From Thermoprotei archaeon (GTDB lineage: Archaea; Thermoproteota; Thermoprotei; Gearchaeales; WAQG01), in contig JBMFIF010000002.1 in NCBI GenBank assembly GCA_049976445.1, positions 5,115-69,114 on the forward strand: DNA of 64,000 nt. The letters run 5' to 3'. The notes below the pieces were generated by a model, which was not told the DNA's origin, made no database searches, and was given only the letters and a program-made list of their open reading frames with translations. Positions 31,411 to 40,487 of this stretch are shown here, one piece after another (the stretch's first letter is position 1; each line of letters begins with the position of its first letter). The translations under genes were made by a program, and so were the position numbers.

Positions 31411-32179
31411 ACTAATCATAGATAATCTTTCTGTTAATTATGGTTCAATAAAAGCATTAGAAGATATTAGTATAAAACTTGACAAAGGCATGATGGTATC
31501 AATAATAGGACCTAACGGTTCTGGAAAGACAACACTTCTCAGATCTATAGCAAGAATAGTAAAACCAGTAAAAGGTGTAATCTATATTGATGGAAAAAAT
31601 ACTAACGAACTATCATTAAAAGATCTAGCTCATCATGTATCATACACATCTACATTGAAAGTAAAAGAGGGTTTTGAACTCACAGTGGGCGATATAGTTT
31701 TTATGGGTAGATATCCAAGAACTGGATTTATGATGAGTCATACTGATGAAAGAATTGTGAACGATGTATTAAATAAGTTTCGCATTACTCATTTAATGAA
31801 TAGAAAAATAGATGAGCTTAGCGATGGTGAACGGCAAAAAACCTTTTTAGCAAGAGCCTTAGCTCAAGAATCAGAAATAATACTTGTAGATGAACCATTA
31901 GCGCATCTTGATCTAAAAGCACAACTTGAAGTCTTAAAAATACTTAAAAATGAAGCAAACGATGGAAAGCTTGTAATAATGACCTCACACGAGATAGACT
32001 TACCGATTAAATACAGTGATGTATTAATAGTAATGAAAAAAGGAGAAATATTAGCAGCAGGAAAACCTAATGAAATACTAACAGAAAAAATAATAGAAAA
32101 TGCTTATGGTGTTAAATGTCGTATAATCAAAGATAAAGAATATTCACTTATAGTACTTCTTGACACACTCAGTGATTAG
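31403..32179 (+). CDS. btuD: ABC ATPase BtuD/FepC-like
   Basis: Walker A GPNGSGKTT, signature LSDGERQ, Walker B ILVDEP; 258 aa. Confidence 0.8.
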   Translation: MVKLIIDNLSVNYGSIKALEDISIKLDKGMMVSIIGPNGSGKTTLLRSIARIVKPVKGVIYIDGKNTNELSLKDLAHHVSYTSTLKVKEGFELTVGDIVFMGRYPRTGFMMSHTDERIVNDVLNKFRITHLMNRKIDELSDGERQKTFLARALAQESEIILVDEPLAHLDLKAQLEVLKILKNEANDGKLVIMTSHEIDLPIKYSDVLIVMKKGEILAAGKPNEILTEKIIENAYGVKCRIIKDKEYSLIVLLDTLSD

Positions 32180-32181
32180 TA

Positions 32182-33282
32182 ATGAAGGAATTAAAACAAC
32201 CAGTACACGGTGGTAGAGTATGGGATGCAGCAGAAAAACTCAACATAAACGTTGAAAAGATTATAGATTTTAGTACAAATACAAATCCATTAGGACCTCC
32301 AAAACAATTAATAACAACATTAATAAAAAATATTAACACTGTTGCTTATTATCCAGATCCTGACTATAGAACATTAAGGATGGAATTGGCAAGGTTTTAT
32401 AACATTAATGAAGAGAATATTATAGTTGGTAATGGTGCAACTGAACTTATACATCTATTTGCACAAACATTCATCTCAGAAAATGACAGAGTAATAATAC
32501 CAATACCCACGTTTGAAGAATACCAATATGCATCACAGAAAGTTAGCGCAAGAATTATTTATATAAAGTCAAAAAACAATATGCACATAAACATAGACAA
32601 AATAATATCAAAAATGAACAATACAAAGGTCATATTTGTATGTAATCCAAATAACCCAACAGGAATATTAGAAAAACAAGAAGATATACTCAATCTAATA
32701 AAAGAGGCTAATAAGAGAAACGTACTAGTTTTTCTTGATGAAAGCTTTATGGATCTAGTAGTTACAAAAAAGCCGTACACGTTAATAAGATCAGTAAACA
32801 TGTTTGATAATCTTTTTATAATAAGATCACTAACAAAAATCTTCAGCATACCCGGATTAAGGATAGGTTTTGGTGTATCTTCAAAGTACTTAATAAAAGA
32901 ACTTAATAAACATAAAATACCATGGAATGTCTCAACACTTATTGAAAAAACTATTCCAGAAGCACTAAAATATGCAAGACAATATCTAAAAACATCAAGA
33001 AAAATAATCAAACAAGAAAGAAACTATATGATAAGTGAACTATCGAAAATTGATGGTATTAAAGTAATAAGCGGTGATGCTAATTTTCTCTTCATAGATA
33101 TAAGTGAAACTGGACTCACATCATCAGAATTAGCAGATCAATTAATAAAACATCGTATACTAATACGAGATTGTAGCACTTTTACAGGACTGAACAACTC
33201 GTACATAAGAATAGCAATAAAGAAACACCGAGAAAACATACTACTAATAAATGCTCTGAAAACAATAGTGATAAGAAAATGA
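32182..33282 (+). CDS. cobD: L-threonine-O-3-phosphate decarboxylase CobD-like (class II aminotransferase fold)
   Basis: HisC-like PLP enzyme with Lys in IRSLTKIF; 366 aa; cobamide cluster context. Confidence 0.6.
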   Translation: MKELKQPVHGGRVWDAAEKLNINVEKIIDFSTNTNPLGPPKQLITTLIKNINTVAYYPDPDYRTLRMELARFYNINEENIIVGNGATELIHLFAQTFISENDRVIIPIPTFEEYQYASQKVSARIIYIKSKNNMHINIDKIISKMNNTKVIFVCNPNNPTGILEKQEDILNLIKEANKRNVLVFLDESFMDLVVTKKPYTLIRSVNMFDNLFIIRSLTKIFSIPGLRIGFGVSSKYLIKELNKHKIPWNVSTLIEKTIPEALKYARQYLKTSRKIIKQERNYMISELSKIDGIKVISGDANFLFIDISETGLTSSELADQLIKHRILIRDCSTFTGLNNSYIRIAIKKHRENILLINALKTIVIRK

Positions 33283-34235
33283 ACTCCTTCCACACAAGTA
33301 TAATAATTTTAGTATTAGCAGTACTCATAGATATATTATTTGGAGAACCTCCACTCAAAGTTCATCCAGTAGTTTGGGTTGGTAGATTAATTAAATATTT
33401 GGAACGTTACTGTCATGGAGGAAGCACTCAACTAGAGAAAATTAAAGGTACGATGATGGCTATATCAGTAATTATAATATCCATCACAATAACATACATC
33501 GCTTTAAAAATAGTACAGTCTTATCTCGGTTTATATGGATACATAATAATAGCATCTATAATATTCAAAACAACTTTTTCAATACGATCCATGAAAGATC
33601 ACATAAAACCAATAGCTATCTCGTACGAGAAAAATAATAAAGAAAAGGCCAAAGTATTATTGTCACGAGTCGTAAGAAGAAATCCCTGGCAACTCACTGA
33701 TGAACAAATAATCTCAGCTGCAATAGAGACGACAGCAGAAGGCATAGTAGATGGTATAACATCAGCATTGTTCTATTACAGTATACTTGGAATACCAGGT
33801 GCAATAATGCAACGAGTTATAAACACATTGGACTCAATGGTTGGGTATAAAGATGAATATTATAAGAATGTAGGATGGTTCTCAGCAAAATTAGATACAA
33901 TAATAAACTTTATACCAGCTCGTCTCACAGCAATTACTATAGTACTGGCATCATTAATTTTAAAAAAAGATTATAAATTAAGCTTTAAAATAGCATTAAC
34001 AGACCATAAAAATACTGAAAGTCTTAATGCGGGATGGCCAATGTCAGCAATGGCAGGCGCTCTAAGAATACAACTAGAAAAACCCGGACATTACAAACTT
34101 GGGATTCCAATGCAAAAACTAAAGCCAGAACTCATATACGATGCATTAAACATAATGTATACATCAACAACACTTTTCATAATAACAATAATAATTCCTA
34201 TACTTATTCTCTTTAATATCTACCTATTTTTATAA
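33279..34235 (+). CDS. cbiB: adenosylcobinamide-phosphate synthase CbiB
   Basis: LDSMVGYK...GWFSAKLDTIINFIPARLTA matches the CbiB/CobD-membrane family signature; 318 aa, multi-TM. Confidence 0.7.
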   Translation: MNSFHTSIIILVLAVLIDILFGEPPLKVHPVVWVGRLIKYLERYCHGGSTQLEKIKGTMMAISVIIISITITYIALKIVQSYLGLYGYIIIASIIFKTTFSIRSMKDHIKPIAISYEKNNKEKAKVLLSRVVRRNPWQLTDEQIISAAIETTAEGIVDGITSALFYYSILGIPGAIMQRVINTLDSMVGYKDEYYKNVGWFSAKLDTIINFIPARLTAITIVLASLILKKDYKLSFKIALTDHKNTESLNAGWPMSAMAGALRIQLEKPGHYKLGIPMQKLKPELIYDALNIMYTSTTLFIITIIIPILILFNIYLFL

Positions 34236-34342
34236 TTAAAAAACTTACCAGAAAGCACGTGTTCACAAAATGAAATGATCTGATTTTTCGTTATCATTTA
34301 GTTATTTGCGTTAATTTTAAAATATAAGTTTTATAAATTATT

Positions 34343-35158
34343 TTGATAAAAATGTGGTATTTAGATACTCTAGACCGTAAACCTTTAGGTAGAACAAGAG
34401 AAACTGTACCTGCGATCGGTATTGGAACATGGGCTGTAAGGGACTTTAATAAAGCCGAAACAGCTTTAGTTAAAGCAGTAGAGCTTGGGCTTAATATGAT
34501 AGATACTGCAGAAATGTACCACACAGAAGAACTTGTAGGTAAAGTTATCAAAAAGGTTGGTAAAGAGAACGTTTTCATAACAACTAAACTTTTACCTGAA
34601 CACTTTTCAGATGTTGACAATGCATTAAATGCAGCTAAATTAAGCCTTTCAAGATTAGGAATTAATATTGTCGATTTAATTCTAATACACTGGCCTAGAA
34701 CCTTCACACCCATCGAAAAACAAGTCAGAATACTAGAGGCAATAGCCAACGCAGGGTATTCCAGATACATAGGTGTGAGTAATTTTAATGTTAACCAGCT
34801 TTCAAAAGCAACACAATCAACCAAAAAACATGAAATAGTAGTAAACCAAGTAAAATATAGCGTGTTAGATCGAACAATAGAGGATAACTTATTATTATAT
34901 GCTATAGAGCATGGTATAACAATACAAGCATACACACCATTAGAGAAAGGTAAGGTTTCAAACAATAAAATTTTATCTGAAATAGGTAAAAAATACAATA
35001 AGACACCAACACAAGTAGCATTAAATTATCTTATCTCTAACCCCATGGTGACTGCAATACCAAAAACAGAAAAAATCGAAAGAGTATTAGAATTTAAAGG
35101 ATCATTAGGATGGAGACTTATGAAAGAGGACATAGAATTCATTAAGAGCAAAATTTAA
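34343..35158 (+). CDS. aldo/keto reductase
   Basis: AKR motifs (IDTAEMYHTEELVG; LIHWP); 271 aa. The overlapping minus ORF 34294-34998 is a shadow frame. Confidence 0.8.
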   Translation: MIKMWYLDTLDRKPLGRTRETVPAIGIGTWAVRDFNKAETALVKAVELGLNMIDTAEMYHTEELVGKVIKKVGKENVFITTKLLPEHFSDVDNALNAAKLSLSRLGINIVDLILIHWPRTFTPIEKQVRILEAIANAGYSRYIGVSNFNVNQLSKATQSTKKHEIVVNQVKYSVLDRTIEDNLLLYAIEHGITIQAYTPLEKGKVSNNKILSEIGKKYNKTPTQVALNYLISNPMVTAIPKTEKIERVLEFKGSLGWRLMKEDIEFIKSKI

Positions 35159-35192
35159 CCCTAAAAACCTTTAGCTTATCCAGCTATCCTTT

Positions 35193-35241
35193 CTCTGACC
35201 TCTTCCCCACCCTGAAGGGCGAAGTTTGTCCTTCTTTTATC
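35193..35241 (-). repeat. GC-rich repeat element, short form (inverted relative to 26527-26673)
   Basis: Reverse complement GATAAAAGAAGGACAAACTTCGCCCTTCAGGGTGGGGAAGAGGTCAGAG equals the long form with the segment between its two CTTCAGGGYGG cores deleted. Confidence 0.5.
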
Positions 35242-35298
35242 AACGAAGAGTGAAGCTTAAATAAATTTTTCAAATAGAAGAATCGTAAGTGAACAAAA

Positions 35299-36411
35299 AT
35301 GAATAACACTCAAAACGTAAAAATCTATTTTAAAGATAATACACTCATCATCGAATCAGCATCAGAAATGGAAGTACTGAGTAGTGCTGTATTCAATGGT
35401 GGAAGACAAAAAGCACAATATATAATAAACTATAAGGTTTCTAAAACCTTTGATGATCCAAAACCAGCACTATACCTAAAAAATGTAATAGAAAAACTAG
35501 GATTACCTCACGATTCAACAATAGGATTAATGACAGCTGCTGATGTTCACAATGCTTCAATAATTAATGAAGGACCAGTTACAGCAATAATTACTGCAGG
35601 CCTTTCAAATACAGCAACCGCCGGTGATGATATAGCAGTACAAAACATCGGAACGATTAATATGATTATTATAGTAAATGGATTACTAAACGAAAACGCT
35701 TTTGTAGATGCAATAATAACTGCCACAGAAGCAAAAACAGTAGCACTTGATCAATTAGATATTATAAGTAGAGTATCAAGAAAAAGAGCAACAGGAACAA
35801 CAACTGATTCTATAGTAATAGCATGCACACAACAAGGTGAAAGATATGAATATGCAGGCACAGCGACAAAAATAGGTAATATGATAGCTAAAAGTGTCAT
35901 AAAAGGTGTTTTAGAAGCCATAAAACTCCAGGAAAATATAACATCATCTAGACCAATATTAAAAAGATTAGAAGAAAGAGGAATTACACTAAAGGATCTC
36001 GTAGAAACGGGTATGGAACTTTATATACATCACCCAAGCATGGGAACAATAGAGAACGCAAGAAAAACATTAGAAGAAATATTGATAGAATCAATGAATG
36101 ATATAAATGTTGCATCATTAATTATTGCCGGAATAAGGATAGAGGAGGAAGGAAGAAAGGGTTTAATACCTGGTCTTACAAGAGAAGAATTTGAAAAAGA
36201 TCCTGTAAATCTAGTGGCTGATGAGTTAATAGGAATGGCTATAGCTGATTACATAGCAGGTTCAAGAGGTATTTTTGAATATGTCAGGTTTGATAGAATA
36301 AAACCAGGCATTATCAGAAATCTAGGGCCCTTCATGGATGACATAATCGGAGCATTAATAGGTGGAGCGTCATCACTCATGTATACAAAATTACTTAAAA
36401 AACAGAAGTGA
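35299..36411 (+). CDS. cbiZ: CbiZ-like adenosylcobinamide amidohydrolase domain protein (extended)
   Basis: N-terminal region resembles the CbiZ family; 370 aa, longer than canonical CbiZ; directly upstream of cobS/cobY with overlapping stops and starts. Confidence 0.4.
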   Translation: MNNTQNVKIYFKDNTLIIESASEMEVLSSAVFNGGRQKAQYIINYKVSKTFDDPKPALYLKNVIEKLGLPHDSTIGLMTAADVHNASIINEGPVTAIITAGLSNTATAGDDIAVQNIGTINMIIIVNGLLNENAFVDAIITATEAKTVALDQLDIISRVSRKRATGTTTDSIVIACTQQGERYEYAGTATKIGNMIAKSVIKGVLEAIKLQENITSSRPILKRLEERGITLKDLVETGMELYIHHPSMGTIENARKTLEEILIESMNDINVASLIIAGIRIEEEGRKGLIPGLTREEFEKDPVNLVADELIGMAIADYIAGSRGIFEYVRFDRIKPGIIRNLGPFMDDIIGALIGGASSLMYTKLLKKQK

Positions 36412-37151
36412 TCAAGTTGATAAAACAATTAAAAGCCCTCTTATCATTTCTTACAATAATACCAGTAAAAGAGGAACACGATCTAAAAACAATTGCAGAA
36501 GGTATACACCTCTTTCCATTGATAGGATTTTTCACCGGAATCCTAACAGGATTTATAGCATACCTTATCTCAAGAGTATACCTAAGTCTTTTAACGGGAA
36601 TAATAGCAGTATCATTCCTGGAATTTATAACAGGACTTCACCATTTTGACGCATTGTTAGATTTTGGTGATGGTATTATGGCTAAAACAACACCAGAAAA
36701 GAAAATAGAAATTATGCATGATAAACAAACAGGAAGCGGCGGATTCTGGTTAGGTATTACAATAATTGGAATAAAAATATTTTCAATATCACAATTACAT
36801 GGATTACAACTCTTTACAGCAATAATTCTTTCAGAAATCTCCGCAAAACTTTCAATGGTAATAGGAATGTGGCTAGGCAACCCAGCTTACCCCTCTAGTA
36901 CAGCAGTACCGTTCATAGAAGAAGCACATAAAAACCCTAAAAAACCATTAATAGCTCTTATATTCTCATTATTCATAGCATTACTCTTCATGACAGAAGG
37001 AATATTAATGATAATTACAAGCATAATAGTGGCAGTAATCATTGAACATCTATCACAAAAACATTTTAAAGGTATAACTGGCGATGTATTGGGATCCATG
37101 GATGAAATAACATCAGCTCTCTCATTATTAGTATTAGTGAGCATAATATGA
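36408..37151 (+). CDS. cobS: adenosylcobinamide-GDP ribazoletransferase (cobalamin synthase) CobS
   Basis: 247-aa polytopic membrane protein of CobS size and topology, in an operon with cobY. Confidence 0.6.
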   Translation: MIKLIKQLKALLSFLTIIPVKEEHDLKTIAEGIHLFPLIGFFTGILTGFIAYLISRVYLSLLTGIIAVSFLEFITGLHHFDALLDFGDGIMAKTTPEKKIEIMHDKQTGSGGFWLGITIIGIKIFSISQLHGLQLFTAIILSEISAKLSMVIGMWLGNPAYPSSTAVPFIEEAHKNPKKPLIALIFSLFIALLFMTEGILMIITSIIVAVIIEHLSQKHFKGITGDVLGSMDEITSALSLLVLVSII

Positions 37152-37768
37152 TAAAAATTAAAGCTCTAATCATGGCAGGAGGAAAAGCAACCAGAATGAA
37201 TAACATAGAAAAACCCCTCATAAAAATATGCGGAACCACAATGATAGAAAGAATACTCAATGCACTAAAGAACACTAAGTGCATAGAAGATGTATATATA
37301 ACAACAAGTAAAAATACGAAAAACACAGAAATCCTACTTAAAACCTTAGGATATAAAACAATAACAACTTCAGGAGAAGATTATGTAGAAGACTTAAAAA
37401 ACACAATTATAAAACTAAACATAAAAGATCCCATATTAGTATTACCATCCGATCTACCATTAATAACACCAAATACAATAGAACAATTAATCAATATTTA
37501 CATACAAAACAACTCTCCACCAACAACGACGTTTTACATACCATTGCAACTACTAAAAACAAAAATACGAACAAACTACATAGAACAAATAAATAATATA
37601 AAAGTAATACCATCTGGCATTAGTATAATAAAAGGATCATACATTACGCAAAATGTAATACCGCAAATAAACATAATAGTCGAAAACACAGAATTAAGCG
37701 TTAACGTGAATACGTTATTAGATATAAAAATTGCACAATCAATTTTATGCAAAAGAAATAATAAGTAG
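37148..37768 (+). CDS. cobY: adenosylcobinamide-phosphate guanylyltransferase CobY (archaeal NTP-transferase type)
   Basis: MAGGKATRM nucleotidyltransferase G-loop; 206 aa, as in archaeal CobY. Confidence 0.6.
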   Translation: MIKIKALIMAGGKATRMNNIEKPLIKICGTTMIERILNALKNTKCIEDVYITTSKNTKNTEILLKTLGYKTITTSGEDYVEDLKNTIIKLNIKDPILVLPSDLPLITPNTIEQLINIYIQNNSPPTTTFYIPLQLLKTKIRTNYIEQINNIKVIPSGISIIKGSYITQNVIPQINIIVENTELSVNVNTLLDIKIAQSILCKRNNK

Positions 37769-37802
37769 TTAAATCAAAGATAAATTTGACATATTATTTA
37801 TT

Positions 37803-37903
37803 TTATACTCAAGAAGATACTAATGAAATTAAAGAAACATTACTAAAAATTAATACCATGGTCAATGAACCGAAAAATAGCTCGATGATACTTAAAACAA
37901 TAT
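37803..37903 (+). repeat. direct repeat copy A (about 100 bp), containing a truncated 5' fragment of an ABC permease gene
   Basis: About 80% identical to 40488-40590. Encodes MVNEPKNSSMILKTIF*, a decayed copy of the N-terminus MIVNELANSSMILKTIEE of the permease at 40543. Confidence 0.65.
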
Positions 37904-38278
37904 TCTAGGATGTTCATTGCAGAAACAGTGTACCACTATTCGTTATCCCTACCCCTCCATGAGGGATTACGGTTCCATCCTTCAGTACTATGTTTAAGAC
38001 TCCAACGATATCTGAATTCATTACTTAATTACAGTTTGGACAATAAATAATCCTTTATGCAATGCTCTTTAGTCCAAAAATTTCAATCGGTTTTGATTAT
38101 TTTCTCAGTAAATTATAAAATAAGTTCAATTTCAAGATAACTCATATATAGGTCAGTAATTATAGTAAAAATTTAAACACTAAACTTTTCACTAATAAAC
38201 AACTAGATAATTATTGTCTTGAAAAACATTTAGAAAACATTTAAATGCAGTTTCTTACACAATACTACGGGAAAGTTC

Positions 38279-38530
38279 GTGGAGAAATCAATTGAAGAGT
38301 TTGAGAAAGAAATCGAGAAAGTAAGTAGATACAAGATTAAAGCCATGATTGCATTACTTAAGCTCAGAGAAGAATATGGTGCGGAATATTTAAAAAAGAA
38401 ACGTGGAGCTATACGAAATAAGGATGAACTTCGTAAACTTGCTGAAGCCTGTAAATTAAACTGGAAATTTATGGAAGAGGTGGGAATAATACGACGCATC
38501 AACAACAAGGAAATAATAATAGCAATATGA
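38279..38530 (+). CDS. small helical protein (GTG start), possible antitoxin/regulator
   Basis: 83-aa ORF overlapping the downstream NTase-fold gene by 4 bp (ATGA). Confidence 0.3.
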   Translation: MEKSIEEFEKEIEKVSRYKIKAMIALLKLREEYGAEYLKKKRGAIRNKDELRKLAEACKLNWKFMEEVGIIRRINNKEIIIAI

Positions 38531-39120
38531 TCTCAGAATTTAGAAATCAATTTAAATTGTTTAGTGAAAAACTATTATTCATCAAAGATACTACTATGAG
38601 ATTTCTTATGTTATTGGCATTCATTAATACTTTTTTAGAAAAACATGCCTTAGGCAAAATAATAATCTCTAGAGGTTTTGCTGCTGAATTTTATAGCGGG
38701 GGTGGGTACAAAACTTTAGATGTTGATGTGATAGTTGAAGGAAAAACTGAAACCGTAAACCTGTTAAAAGAACTTTTAAAATCAATTGGCTATATTGAAT
38801 CTGGCAGATTTTATGTAGCAACACTATCAAGTTTAGTTGATAAAGCGCTCGACATAGTCGGAGTAGTTTATGACAAACCTAAACCACCCATAAAAATAAA
38901 AACAAACGAATACCATGTTTACATGATACCACCTGAAGAAGCAATAATTTATGCTTTAGCAGCAGCTAAATACTGGCTCTCAGTTTCAGATTTTGAAAGA
39001 GCTGTCTTAGTTTATGTAGTACAAAAAGAAAACCTTGATATCGAATACCTTAAAAAACGAGCTAGAGAAGAAAATGTTACAGAGTATCTAACCAAAATTA
39101 TAGAAATCGCAGAAAAATAA
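38527..39120 (+). CDS. nucleotidyltransferase-fold protein (GGG...DVDV motif), function unknown
   Basis: SRGFAAEFYSGGGYKTLDVDVIV resembles a G[GS]-x-DxD minimal NTase core; 197 aa. Confidence 0.3.
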   Translation: MISEFRNQFKLFSEKLLFIKDTTMRFLMLLAFINTFLEKHALGKIIISRGFAAEFYSGGGYKTLDVDVIVEGKTETVNLLKELLKSIGYIESGRFYVATLSSLVDKALDIVGVVYDKPKPPIKIKTNEYHVYMIPPEEAIIYALAAAKYWLSVSDFERAVLVYVVQKENLDIEYLKKRAREENVTEYLTKIIEIAEK

Positions 39121-39206
39121 TCCTATCTATATCACCTGTGGGTCTTATAATTGTGTAATTTCTTATAAAAATTAACAAAAAAGAGAAGATCGAAAAACTA
39201 TGAAAA

Positions 39207-39452
39207 GTGAAGAATAAAGAATATAATGACCTATCTCCTAAAGATCGGAATATAGCTATGGTTTTTCAAAATTATGCTCTCTATCCTCATATGAGTGTTT
39301 ATGATAATATTGCATTTCCTTTAAAAATGAAAAATTTTCTAAACTTGAAATTGATAAGAAGGTTAAGTATGTTGCTGAACTATTCAGGGCGGAGAGCTCT
39401 CCGACGAGTTTCGTGCTCATGGAGGTCAACGGCCTACACCCCAGTCAGTTCT
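39207..39452 (+). pseudogene. MalK-type ABC ATPase remnant (lacks Walker A, frameshifted after KMK)
   Basis: [29 protein letters not shown] is the Q-loop region of sugar ABC ATPases. No upstream Walker A. A shifted frame continues [18 protein letters not shown] and then diverges. Confidence 0.6.
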
Positions 39453-39470
39453 GTAAACACAGAACTGACT
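39443..39470. terminator. perfect 12-bp stem / 4-nt loop hairpin (AGTCAGTTCTGT-AAAC-ACAGAACTGACT) followed by a T-rich tract
   Basis: Read directly from the sequence; lies between convergent genes. TTTTATTTTTTAT at about 39513-39525. Confidence 0.45.
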
Positions 39471-39559
39471 AATATGTTATATAAGGAGGTCAGAATTCAT
39501 TATTACCAGCTATTTTATTTTTTATAGAAAAAAGCAAGGAATGTTTATTCTTAATGAGA

Positions 39560-40354
39560 TTATTTCCTAGTTACATAGAAGCTGGTTCCATCTGTAGTTA
39601 ATGGTGATGGTTGGGCTAACACTTTTCCATTGTTACTTACCATTATTACATATTCGTGTGGTAGGTCTCCTATTCGAGCAGTTATGCCACCGATGGTAGC
39701 ATAGTTTGTGTTCTGAATGTTTGTATAATCATAACCGTAATATGCTGTTCCAAAATTAGCGAGTATAGTTAAGCTTCCAGCTATTGCTGGCCTTTCTTCT
39801 ATCCATTCTGCAGATAGCATGGATGAAGTGTAGTTAACAAGTATTGAAAAGTGTTCGTTTTGTGTTAAATCATTTAGTGTTATGTTCCATTCTTGTGTTG
39901 TAGTATTTATTATTCTTACCATGAATATCATGGCAAACATATAGTCTCCTGGTTTCACAACATAACCTGATATTCTGGTTTCCGAAGCTGGCAGTAATTC
40001 ATACCATGCATAATAGAAAGTTTGGCTTTGCCATGAATCGGATTCGGTACCTGTTTGGATTAAAGAATTATCTCCTGAAAAGAAACCACCTATACCAATC
40101 CACTGAGATGAGTAAACAGGCTTTTTGCTTGGTTGGACTGTTTGAACTATCCATGAACCATTAACTGCAGTAACGGAGGGTGTGGGATTAGTAAAGCTTG
40201 ATGCTACAACATATCCTGCCCAATTTAAAGAATATACTTGATTTTTCGGAACATTATGCGATGCTGTTACATCTGTAGTTGGTGAGAAGCTCGGTATTAA
40301 AAGTAGTAATATTACTATGCTTATTATGTTCACGTAACGATTTTTATAGCTCAT
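39560..40354 (-). CDS. secreted G1-family (eqolisin / scytalidoglutamic-type) peptidase homolog
   Basis: Signal peptide; SLNWAGYVV near the mature N-terminus; SSQWIGIGG (catalytic Gln context) and SAEWIEERP (catalytic Glu context) match the peptidase G1 family; 264 aa. Confidence 0.65.
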   Translation of the reverse strand: MSYKNRYVNIISIVILLLLIPSFSPTTDVTASHNVPKNQVYSLNWAGYVVASSFTNPTPSVTAVNGSWIVQTVQPSKKPVYSSQWIGIGGFFSGDNSLIQTGTESDSWQSQTFYYAWYELLPASETRISGYVVKPGDYMFAMIFMVRIINTTTQEWNITLNDLTQNEHFSILVNYTSSMLSAEWIEERPAIAGSLTILANFGTAYYGYDYTNIQNTNYATIGGITARIGDLPHEYVIMVSNNGKVLAQPSPLTTDGTSFYVTRK

Positions 40355-40487
40355 GATTTATTTTAGTTTTACAAGTTAATAAGCTTACTTGTTAATTGGT
40401 TAATAGTGAAGTTACAAAAGAATGAAGTCCTAAGCTTTAAAGGGCGAGAAGATCATATATTAAACTCTGGAAATTTGTAATTTGATA

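Noticed and set aside
34294-34998. 234-aa minus-strand ORF overlapping the aldo/keto reductase
   Set aside because: The plus-strand frame carries clear AKR motifs. The antisense frame is featureless.
36362-37144. ORFs 36362..36649 (+), 36638..36880 (-), 36887..37144 (-) overlapping cbiZ/cobS
   Set aside because: Alternative frames of well-supported cobamide genes.
37920-37995. GC-rich stretch after repeat copy A, examined as a possible tRNA or tRNA fragment (integration target)
   Set aside because: No acceptable cloverleaf: there is no GTTCRANYC T-loop and no matching acceptor stem. It may still be an element remnant but cannot be called.
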